Position numbers and translations under genes: made by a program. Positions 1 to 8,236 of a stretch of DNA of 41,437 nucleotides are shown here, one piece after another. This DNA is from Bdellovibrionota bacterium (GTDB lineage Bacteria > Bdellovibrionota > UBA1018 > UBA923): positions 1 through 41,437 of the forward strand of contig JBFMCE010000027.1 in assembly GCA_040754655.1 (NCBI GenBank). The letters are read 5' to 3'. How positions within the stretch are numbered: the first letter of the stretch is position 1; each line of letters starts with the position of its first letter. The notes under the pieces were generated by a model, which was not told the DNA's origin, made no database searches, and saw only the letters and a list, made by a program, of their open reading frames with translations.

Positions 1-2
1 AT

Positions 3-347
3 TCTGTTTTGGCGAAATCGTTGAACGAACGGCTCAAATGGTTCAGCCAGAGAAGCCTGCGACGAGTCGCGCCATAAAACAAGAAATGAGAAGGGCCGAT
101 GAGCGTCGGCATAACTTAAAAATATCGTAGATTTGAGACGAGGTACAGTAATGAATTTCAGAACGGGTTGGTTGTCGCTAGAGTTTGCGCAATTCGAAAG
201 CTCTCGAATGATTCGTTCATCTAATGAGAGCATTTCAATATCTGGCGTGAGCTCACGCAGACGATAGAAGCTCGCAAGATGAATGGCATCCAAAGATCTA
301 AGGTGAGACTGCGGTGCAATTTGACCGGCCGAATCGCAATCGGGCAC
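3..347 (-). pseudogene. PIN/VapC ribonuclease C-terminal remnant in an open frame running off the window's left edge
   Basis: My translation of the minus strand gives ...SHLRSLDAIHLASFYRLRELTPDIEMLSLDERI..., matching the C-terminal PIN motif (LRxLDAIHLA...xDxR). An in-frame TAG at 357-359 lies just upstream, so the N-terminal PIN half is missing. Not in the ORF track. Confidence 0.5.
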
Positions 348-373
348 CGTTAACAGCTAACGGCAATCTGATC

Positions 374-3349
374 TTAAGCTAAAAACTGCCTTACCCCATC
401 CGGAATTTCGAAAAGCTCGAGCGCAAGCTCATCGAGCGCTTTTTGATAAGTTTCTATCTCGCGGGCGGTTTCACAGACGACTCGGGTAATCTCTGCGGTT
501 TGTGCGCCAAAGAGTTGAATGTCACGGGGGATGAGCAAAAGCGACAGTGCTTCGCCCCACGTATGGTCTCGCAAATTTTTGAGCTGACCATTCATATAGT
601 CTCGAATAACAGCAGGGAACATCAACTGGATCGTCGGTCCTTGGCGGGTGTGAACCACGGTGTAGGCCATCGCTCCGGCGCCAGAATTTTTCACGATCGA
701 ATGAATCTCGGTGATCGTCCAGATTTCAGGAGCGATCGCGCAGCGTTCGCGCCCGGTGTACTGGATTCGAAGATCAGGTGACTGCAAAACATGGGACAAA
801 AGGCTCGTCGGGTAAAACTGTCCGATGGCTTCCGGTCGTAATTGATCAAACGAGGGAGAAGTGAACAAGGGACGGTACCGTGAAACAATGCGATCAAGCG
901 TCGCATAGCGCCTGGCCATCGCGACGTATTTTGAATAACGTTCCGTCAGGTCGCCTTCGGAATGGCATGCCCAGCTTCTCAAAGTTTGAAAGTCAGGTTT
1001 ATGGCTTCCCATCCAATCGAGCGCCTCATGAACCGCATCCGCTGGGGCCCTCGAAAGATCGACAATGGGACAAGACTTGAGATCTTGCATGCGATTCTGT
1101 TTATTCATCCCTGCCGTCAAGACTTGGTGCCGAATCCAGAACTGCGCTGGTTTTGAGTTCAATAGACATTGGATCCAGGGAAGATCAGAGGGATTGTGAG
1201 GGAACACCAAGAGATGCTCCGCTTTGTGCGCTCCCTTTGCTTGGCCACGGTCTTCTTGACGCACGATGAAATCAAGTCGCGTGACGGTGTCACCACTGGC
1301 GGATGGCACAACCTCTAAAGCTTTTGTGTTTGATCCTGAGAAGAGACTTGTCGCCGATCCGATCGTTTCGTGTTGAACCGTCGCTACTTGAAACAGCTTG
1401 GGAAACTTTTGGTTGAGGTGACGCATCAGCGGAGCGGCGCCTCGAACGAAAAGGTGCTCCCAGCCGCGTTCCCCGATTTCAGCTTGAGTGCTATTGGCTT
1501 CTTCAAGCTCATTGTGATCGAAAATCAAGGCTCCCGGCTTAAGCCTGCCGAACTTCGGCCGGTGTTGGTCTCGTTCAAGTTTGTTGGATACTTTGCGAAA
1601 AACGTACAAGTAACGGTATTGCAGCTCTGTTTCTTCAGGCAGTTCCAGGAAATACTCAAGTGTCGCGGTATTGAGCACAAGCTTCCTGAAGCGATCCCCG
1701 TCGCCTCCCTCGGGCAACTGACGGTGGGAGAGGTAGAGGCAGAGCCCATCTTCCTTCAGTTTCGTCAGAGACAAGTGCAAGTGCAACTCACCCCAATTGA
1801 GATTGCTGCTGGCAGTGACCAAATTGCGCCAGTACGGAAGCTGGTCCGCGAGCGCTTTCATCCACCGGCCCGATTTCGCGCGGTCTATGCTGTCGAGCAC
1901 CACAGACAAATCAAAGGTCTCGAGTTGTTGAATCTGGGCGGCAGAACCCTGGTGCAGCTTGCAGACCTCGGGCCCCCCCAAGGGAAGCTGGTCCATGTTG
2001 TGCAGTTCAAGGCTCAGCATCTGCACGACATGCACTGCTTGTGGAATTTTTTGATAAGTGATCGGGCAGAGGCGGCTGTAATCCGGCCTCGCAACAGATT
2101 GTTGGGGCGTTTGGGTCGCCGCCAAGAGTTTCATTAGAACCAATACCTCTACCCAAAAAGCTTCAAGGCTTTCGCTTTCGCAGGCCCAAATCGAACGGTG
2201 AATTTGGCTAGTGTCGCTAAGTGCCACGAATTCCGAATTGTGTTTGGGCTGCGCATTTCGCAAACGGCTCATCATTCGGTCGAGCGCCGAGAGCGCGAAT
2301 CCTCCCATCTCAAGCGCTGGAATGAAAATCTTGCGACAAACAAAATGCCCTTGAAAGTTCGAGACCAGTGGAACGCCAAGTTGGTTCTCGATCAAGTCAA
2401 GCAGGCTTTGCGCAAGCTTGTTCTCAGCCGGGAACTCTAGGTGCCCCAGTTGGTTTGAGGAGGGCATCGTGCTGAACCATTGCACCAATTCGTTTGAACT
2501 CCATCTTGAATCGATATTGCCAAGGATTTGCACCAATTCCGTTCTTACTTTTTGAGAAGGGATGTACCAAGAATAGAGATTAGTCCTCACGAAATTCCAG
2601 GCATGCTTGTCGTGCGCGAACCCCGCCGCCTTGTGATTGAGAAAACTGTGCGCGGCAAAATTCATTCGCACCAAGTCTTCGTTTTCAAAGGGCCTCCAAC
2701 CATTGCGGTCGAGGCATTTGAGGAAAAAAATCTGAAGCATCTGATAAATCGCGACCTCACCCACAAAAGCTTTCCAGGCGAGACTACTCAACTTGGTCAA
2801 GGGCTGCCCTTGCTCGCGGTAAGATTCCCTCAACAGTTCCGGAAGCGAGATCGATCGATTGAGCTTTTCTCCTCGGGCTCGAGCGACCTTGCGCGCAATG
2901 TACTCTAGTCTTCTTTCAACCAGTTTTCGACGCCCAGGATTCAAAGACAGAAGTTGGTCTCGAGAATTCATGACGTCTTTCACGAAAAGGTCAAAAAGAG
3001 CGTTCAGCTTTGATTCAGAAGCTTGGGTTGCACTGAATTCAAGGCCTTCCAGGGGCTTACGAGGCGTGACTTCAATACGGTCTCTTAAATTCAACGAAAG
3101 TACTTCTTTGGGCCACCGAATTTCCAAGGGTACGAGGCTAGAGTCGCTTTCGACTTCGGATTCTGACACGTCAGGTTGGGTCAAAACGGCTGTTTTACGC
3201 GCAGAAACGGGCTGACTCAGTTTGCCGAGCAGCGCATCGATGTTTACAAGATGGGAAAGTTTTTCCTGTGTGTGCCAGCGTTCCATACCAACCAAGGAGA
3301 AATCAAAGACTAGTGCCATATCGCCTAAAATTCCACTCGTTTTCCCCAA
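374..3349 (-). CDS. Large Eco57I/TaqI (type IIG/IIL)-like N6-adenine DNA methyltransferase homologue with degenerate catalytic motifs
   Basis: 991-aa ORF. KIFIPALEMGGF sits where ILDPACGSGxF is expected and FDLSVVLD where FDxVIGNPPY is expected. These are followed by SLTKLKEDGLCLYL...RFRKLVLNTATLEYFLELP and a TRD-like WIQCLLNSKPAQFWIR...LKSCPIVD. Start uncertain (TTG 3349, ATG 3319 or ATG 3286). Confidence 0.6.
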   Translation of the reverse strand: MGKTSGILGDMALVFDFSLVGMERWHTQEKLSHLVNIDALLGKLSQPVSARKTAVLTQPDVSESEVESDSSLVPLEIRWPKEVLSLNLRDRIEVTPRKPLEGLEFSATQASESKLNALFDLFVKDVMNSRDQLLSLNPGRRKLVERRLEYIARKVARARGEKLNRSISLPELLRESYREQGQPLTKLSSLAWKAFVGEVAIYQMLQIFFLKCLDRNGWRPFENEDLVRMNFAAHSFLNHKAAGFAHDKHAWNFVRTNLYSWYIPSQKVRTELVQILGNIDSRWSSNELVQWFSTMPSSNQLGHLEFPAENKLAQSLLDLIENQLGVPLVSNFQGHFVCRKIFIPALEMGGFALSALDRMMSRLRNAQPKHNSEFVALSDTSQIHRSIWACESESLEAFWVEVLVLMKLLAATQTPQQSVARPDYSRLCPITYQKIPQAVHVVQMLSLELHNMDQLPLGGPEVCKLHQGSAAQIQQLETFDLSVVLDSIDRAKSGRWMKALADQLPYWRNLVTASSNLNWGELHLHLSLTKLKEDGLCLYLSHRQLPEGGDGDRFRKLVLNTATLEYFLELPEETELQYRYLYVFRKVSNKLERDQHRPKFGRLKPGALIFDHNELEEANSTQAEIGERGWEHLFVRGAAPLMRHLNQKFPKLFQVATVQHETIGSATSLFSGSNTKALEVVPSASGDTVTRLDFIVRQEDRGQAKGAHKAEHLLVFPHNPSDLPWIQCLLNSKPAQFWIRHQVLTAGMNKQNRMQDLKSCPIVDLSRAPADAVHEALDWMGSHKPDFQTLRSWACHSEGDLTERYSKYVAMARRYATLDRIVSRYRPLFTSPSFDQLRPEAIGQFYPTSLLSHVLQSPDLRIQYTGRERCAIAPEIWTITEIHSIVKNSGAGAMAYTVVHTRQGPTIQLMFPAVIRDYMNGQLKNLRDHTWGEALSLLLIPRDIQLFGAQTAEITRVVCETAREIETYQKALDELALELFEIPDGVRQFLA

Positions 3350-3474
3350 ACGAGGATCTTTTTAGACAATCAAGGCACCGGCAAATTTTGCGTTGGTCCC
3401 CCCAACGAATCTAAAATTACTAACTGAAGACTTGAGAAATTAAAAGGTCTGCCGAAAAAAAAGGTGGAGGCTTT

Positions 3475-3906
3475 ATGGTACGCAGTGACAAAGACAGTGC
3501 AGCTCAAGTAAGTACCGACGAGGGTGAAGAAATCGATCGGATCATGCAAGAGATCGAAGATCTTGAAAAACGCATGGATCCTCCTCAAGAAACAGAACAG
3601 ACCTCGCTCGACACCAGGGCAGCTCAAGAAACTCAAGAGAGTGCAAAAGTCGTTGCATTGCACGCACCTACCGCCGAAAGTTTGGCTGAGACTGATGCAG
3701 TACCAGCACCCGACGAACCTTTGGTGCGCTCGGCGCCCACTGGCGATCAAGGCGATTTATCGCTAAAAATTGGCGGATGCACTCAAGTATCACTTGAGTT
3801 TTCAAGTGCTGGGATGACGGTGACTCTTTCGTACAGTGACGATGCTTTAAGCATTACAACCGATCAGGGAGCTGAATTCCGAATTCCCTTTAAGCGCGGC
3901 GCGTAA
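3475..3906 (+). CDS. Hypothetical acidic protein with a C-terminal beta-rich domain
   Basis: 143-aa ORF with RBS GGTGGAGG upstream; first gene of the run leading into rsmD. Confidence 0.75.
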   Translation: MVRSDKDSAAQVSTDEGEEIDRIMQEIEDLEKRMDPPQETEQTSLDTRAAQETQESAKVVALHAPTAESLAETDAVPAPDEPLVRSAPTGDQGDLSLKIGGCTQVSLEFSSAGMTVTLSYSDDALSITTDQGAEFRIPFKRGA

Positions 3907-3918
3907 TAAGCTGCTGCC

Positions 3919-4536
3919 ATGCAAGTGGCATCAGGAATATTAAGAGGAATTCCCTTACATTCTCCTCGAGGCTCTCAGACACGTCCTTCAACCGAGCGGT
4001 TGAGGCAGGCTACTTTCAATATTCTCAGACATTACAGATGGCACGACGGCGCGATCGTCGAAGGCGCCAAGGTGATTGATCTTTTTTCAGGCACAGGAGC
4101 TTGGGGAATAGAGGCAATCAGCAATGGGGCGGCCGAAGTCTGGTTCGTAGAGTCGCATGCGCTGGCGCTTCGAACCCTTCATGAGAACCTGAAGGTCGTC
4201 GCCGCGAACTTGCAAACCCAAGGGTTCCCGGTTCCAGCCCTGCACGTGATCAAAAAAGATGTAGGGCACGCGTATCAGAAGCTTCCCGAGGCCAGGGTGG
4301 TTTTTTGCGATCCTCCTTATGAAAAAAATTGGGCAGAGAAGGTTCTTGACTTGGAAACTCGGTACAACCGCATTGAGCAACAAGGGCTTCTTTTGTTTGA
4401 GGCCGGTGTAAAGGAATCGGTCGTTTCTCAAGACCCTCGTATTCGGCATTTTGATACGAAGATTTACGGTGACAGCGCGGTTCATTTCTTTATAAAACAA
4501 CCGCATCATGGTTCGCAGGGCAATCTATCCGGGTAG
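3919..4536 (+). CDS. rsmD: 16S rRNA (guanine966-N2)-methyltransferase
   Basis: TRPSTERLRQATFNIL, DLFSGTGAWGIEAISNGA and FCDPPY motifs; classic adjacency to coaD. Confidence 0.93.
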   Translation: MQVASGILRGIPLHSPRGSQTRPSTERLRQATFNILRHYRWHDGAIVEGAKVIDLFSGTGAWGIEAISNGAAEVWFVESHALALRTLHENLKVVAANLQTQGFPVPALHVIKKDVGHAYQKLPEARVVFCDPPYEKNWAEKVLDLETRYNRIEQQGLLLFEAGVKESVVSQDPRIRHFDTKIYGDSAVHFFIKQPHHGSQGNLSG

Positions 4537-4999
4537 TTTTGATCCAATCACCAATGGCCACGTGGATATCGTCGAAAGAAGTCTGAGCGTTTTTGATGAA
4601 ATCACGGTGGTCGTAGCCTCTAGTTCTCGCAAGAGCGCGATGATCGCGCCCGAGGAGCGGGTTGAACTGGTTCGCAAGGTGTTTGCTCGCTCGCGAAAAG
4701 TCAAGGTTGACCGGTGGGATGGGTTGATCATGGATTACGCGCGAAAAGCTCGGGCCCACGCCGTAATTCGGGGTTTAAGGGCCGCAAGCGATTTTGAATT
4801 CGAATTCATGATGGCTGCGATGAACAAGAATCTTAACTCAGACGTAGAGACTGTATTTATGATGACGGGGCAGAATCTCTTTTTCATCAGTTCGTCGATG
4901 ATCAAGGAATTGTTTCGTTTTGGCGGCGACATCAGCCCTTACGTTCCAAAGGAAGTGTGGAAATACGTGGAGAGCCGGCGGAAATCAGGAGAGTTATGA
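4508..4999 (+). CDS. coaD: Pantetheine-phosphate adenylyltransferase
   Basis: YPGSFDPITNGHVDI, IRGLRAASDFEFE and ISSSMIKE motifs. Confidence 0.97.
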   Translation: MVRRAIYPGSFDPITNGHVDIVERSLSVFDEITVVVASSSRKSAMIAPEERVELVRKVFARSRKVKVDRWDGLIMDYARKARAHAVIRGLRAASDFEFEFMMAAMNKNLNSDVETVFMMTGQNLFFISSSMIKELFRFGGDISPYVPKEVWKYVESRRKSGEL

Positions 5000-6207
5000 G
5001 TTCAGCGTTGAAGATAAAACTAGCAAGCCGCCTCGAAGGCGTGAGCGAAAGCGCGACTTTGAAGATGGCGGTTCTCGCCAGAGAGCTTGCGGCGCAAGGA
5101 AAGAAGGTCATCAATCTTACGACGGGCGAGCCCGATTTTCCCGTGCTCCCTCAAATCAAGGAGGCCGCGATAGCGGCGATCCACAGTGACTTTTCGAAGT
5201 ATACGCCGGTGCCGGGCATTCCTGAACTGAGAAGAGCCTTGTCGAAGAAATTCGAAAAAGACAATTCACTTCAATACGCGCCGGAAGAAATCGTGGTCTC
5301 ATCAGGAGCGAAGCAAGCGATCTTCAACTTCTTGCTCGCGGCGCTTGATCCGGGGGATGAGGTCATCATTCCAGCTCCTTATTGGGTGAGCTATCCTGAG
5401 ATGGTGAAGCTTGCGGGCGGCACGCCCGTCATTCTTCCCACCCAAGCTGGGCAGGCGTTCAAAATCACTCCGGCTCAACTGCGTGCAGCCATCACCACTA
5501 AAACAAAAGCATTTATTTTGAACAGCCCTTCCAATCCCACGGGCACGGTGTATTCCAAGGCCGAGCTTCAAGCGTTGGCGAAGGAGCTTGAAGGCACGTC
5601 CGTCTTGGTGGTGTCTGATGAAATCTACGAAAAACTTGTCTTTGAGGGTGAGTTCGCGGCGTTTGCATCGCTCTCTCAAGACGCTTATTCGCGCACACTC
5701 ACTGTGAACGGGTTTTCGAAGACCTACGCCATGACGGGGTGGCGACTGGGTTATGCGGCAGGTCCCAAGCCGCTCATTTCGGCGATGTCTTTGCTTCAAG
5801 GGCAGAGTACGTCAGGGGCGAATTCAATCACGCAACGGGCAGCTCTTGCCGCGCTTGAGGCGCCAGAATCAGCGATCAAACCGATGATCGAGGCCCTGCG
5901 CCGCCGGCGCGATCGGGTGTCGGAAATTTTTTCCGGCTCGAAGGCGGTTTCCTGTGTAAAGCCTGCCGGGGCCTTCTATTTCTTCGTGAACATTGAGTCT
6001 GCTATCGGCAAGCAGTACAATCATGATCAGGTGCTCGCAGGAAGCGAGGACCTGGCGTTCTATCTTCTCGAGAGCGTTCATGTGGCGACGGTGCCAGGCC
6101 AGGGGTTCGGCGCTGATGGTTACTTGCGTTTGAGTTTCGCCGTGAGCGACAGCGATATCGAAGAAGGCGCGCGGAAGTTGGTCCAAACGATCGAGACCTT
6201 GCGTTAA
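4996..6207 (+). CDS. aspC: PLP-dependent aminotransferase class I/II (aspartate aminotransferase)
   Basis: GEPDF, YTPVPGIPELR, NSPSNPTG, SDEIY and NGFSKTYAMTGWRLGY (PLP Lys). ATG 4996 overlaps the coaD stop (ATGA). Confidence 0.9.
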   Translation: MSSALKIKLASRLEGVSESATLKMAVLARELAAQGKKVINLTTGEPDFPVLPQIKEAAIAAIHSDFSKYTPVPGIPELRRALSKKFEKDNSLQYAPEEIVVSSGAKQAIFNFLLAALDPGDEVIIPAPYWVSYPEMVKLAGGTPVILPTQAGQAFKITPAQLRAAITTKTKAFILNSPSNPTGTVYSKAELQALAKELEGTSVLVVSDEIYEKLVFEGEFAAFASLSQDAYSRTLTVNGFSKTYAMTGWRLGYAAGPKPLISAMSLLQGQSTSGANSITQRAALAALEAPESAIKPMIEALRRRRDRVSEIFSGSKAVSCVKPAGAFYFFVNIESAIGKQYNHDQVLAGSEDLAFYLLESVHVATVPGQGFGADGYLRLSFAVSDSDIEEGARKLVQTIETLR

Positions 6208-6262
6208 ACCGCTTTAGGCAACTTGAGAACGTTTGACCGTAGTAATCGCATGGAGGCGTTAC

Positions 6263-7054
6263 GTGAACAGAGCGGGAATCTGTCTTTGGTTTATTCTCTT
6301 TTTCGTCTTGAGTTGCTCGTCGGACTATCGCGACATCGCCACCGAAAACGGGCGCCAAGCGGTCATTGATGAAGCCACCAACCATCTCACGGCGGGCCTT
6401 TGCGACCGCGCTCTTGAAACATTGAGCGATCTCTACAACTCCGATCATGTCGACAACGAGGTGAGGCAACTCTACGCGTCTGCCTACGCCTGTAAAGGGG
6501 GCTTGAACTTTCCTTCAATGTTCGTCGCGCTCAAGGACTCGCCCGATATCTGGAATGCCTTGATCAAGTCAAACTATTCGGCCGGGACAGGCGATCTTAA
6601 AGTCGACAACATGCTGAGAAGCGCCGAGATCTTGAGGGAAACCTCGTCGATTGAAGGAAATTATTTCGCTTCGACTCGCCCGCGAGATGTGAACGCATAC
6701 ATGGTTTTTGTTCAGCTCAACCTCATTTCCCTGACCCTATCCCCGCTCGGAGCAGCCAATCCTGATGACGGCAAAAGAAGAAAACCAACGCCGATTTGTT
6801 CTCCCGCCGCGACTTGCATCGCCAGAGACCAATGCAGGGTCGCAGTGGCGGTGGCCAATATCAGGGATTCCATCGACTCGTTGCCTTCAGGTCCGATCAC
6901 CGACAAGATCAGCATCGCGTTCAACGCAGCGTGCTCAGCCGTCGGAGGAGGATGCCCTACGGTGCTTGATCCCTCCGATGCCGCCTGCACGGCCGCGATG
7001 CAGGTTCAAGGTCAAGTCTTGATCGATACGTTTGCATCGCAGTGGGGCACGTGA
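6263..7054 (+). CDS. Hypothetical Cys-rich lipoprotein
   Basis: GGAGG precedes GTG 6263; hydrophobic signal ending in lipobox VLSC; several Cys near the C-terminus. Confidence 0.7.
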   Translation: MNRAGICLWFILFFVLSCSSDYRDIATENGRQAVIDEATNHLTAGLCDRALETLSDLYNSDHVDNEVRQLYASAYACKGGLNFPSMFVALKDSPDIWNALIKSNYSAGTGDLKVDNMLRSAEILRETSSIEGNYFASTRPRDVNAYMVFVQLNLISLTLSPLGAANPDDGKRRKPTPICSPAATCIARDQCRVAVAVANIRDSIDSLPSGPITDKISIAFNAACSAVGGGCPTVLDPSDAACTAAMQVQGQVLIDTFASQWGT

Positions 7055-8228
7055 TTTGAAAAGCATCCTGCGTTTCATGACGGCTATCTCAGCGACGATG
7101 TGGCTGGTGAGCCTTGCGCAGGTTCAGGCCGGGGAACTGGGCGAGTTCTATCGCGGTGTTCGTGCAATGGGCATGGGCAACGCGTTCACCGCGGTTTCAG
7201 ATGACCATGACGCTGTTTTCTACAATCCCGCGGGGTTGGTTTACACCAAAAATGTTGAAATCGATGTCTTGAACCCAAAGTTCGATGTCAGCGCGGATGA
7301 CATCGAAAGCATCGGATTGATTCGCCAGGCCTCGAGTTCCTTGGATGCCCCGACGGCTTCGGCGATGTTCGGCAAGCATCTCTATGGCGGCGCGGCTATT
7401 TATCCGGCCATTCATTTGCCTGGCTTCGTCTTTGGGTATTACGGCGCCACAAGTTTCCGCATGACTGCGCGAAATGTTGCGATGCCGACGATCGAAGTGA
7501 CCTCATTCCTCGATAATGGGCTTGTCACGGGTTATGGTTTCGAGATGAGGGGATTGGCCAAGCGCCATTACCTGAGGTTGGGCGTGAATGCCAAGTGGTT
7601 GATCCGGACGGGTTATGACGGCGTCATTCCATTTGCGGATTTGATCACCGCCAACGCGGAATACTTTCGAAACATGCAGAAGGGGCCTGCCGCTGGTTTC
7701 GGGGGAGGAGCTGGTTTCCAGTACGAGATCCCTTTCACCAAAGTAGATGAGCTTGTTCTTGCAGGTGCGTGGCAAGATATCGGCAATACGCGTTTCGGCG
7801 GTCGAAACAGTTCGGATGGGCCTCCTCCTATCGAGAATAATATGTCGGCCGGAATGGCGATCGTCCATCGCTTCAGTTCCAACGCCAAGAAACGAAGCAA
7901 TGTTAAAGTGTCTGGTGAATTCAGGCACCTTCTTCAAGAAAACATCGATCCGATCTTGAGATTGCACGCGGGAATAGAGCTTCAGATCAATCGAGTCTCC
8001 GTGCAGGGCGGTATCAATCAGTCTTCTTTTTGCGCGGGCCTGGGAGTCGATCTGGGGCTTGTCAAGGTTTCAGCCGTAACCTATGGGGTTGACCAGCAAG
8101 CCCTGGCTTTGATGGATCGTGAACGGCGCTACATGGTTCAACTGACATTGTTTAGCCTGGATCTAGGAAACTTCTCAAGGGGCAGCTCCAGGGATGAAGA
8201 CCGAAGGAAGTATCCACGGAAATATTGA
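7032..8228 (+). CDS. Outer-membrane beta-barrel protein (TraF/FadL/PorV-like)
   Basis: Signal peptide ...AQVQA; RAMGMGNAFTAVSDDHDAVFYNPAGL hatch motif; alternating beta strands. True start probably 7056 or 7077. Confidence 0.8.
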   Translation: MHRSGARDLKSILRFMTAISATMWLVSLAQVQAGELGEFYRGVRAMGMGNAFTAVSDDHDAVFYNPAGLVYTKNVEIDVLNPKFDVSADDIESIGLIRQASSSLDAPTASAMFGKHLYGGAAIYPAIHLPGFVFGYYGATSFRMTARNVAMPTIEVTSFLDNGLVTGYGFEMRGLAKRHYLRLGVNAKWLIRTGYDGVIPFADLITANAEYFRNMQKGPAAGFGGGAGFQYEIPFTKVDELVLAGAWQDIGNTRFGGRNSSDGPPPIENNMSAGMAIVHRFSSNAKKRSNVKVSGEFRHLLQENIDPILRLHAGIELQINRVSVQGGINQSSFCAGLGVDLGLVKVSAVTYGVDQQALALMDRERRYMVQLTLFSLDLGNFSRGSSRDEDRRKYPRKY

Positions 8229-8236
8229 GGGACAAA

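Noticed and set aside
1370..2137. 255-aa plus-strand ORF and other antisense ORFs
   Set aside because: Antisense shadows of longer genes with recognisable motifs.
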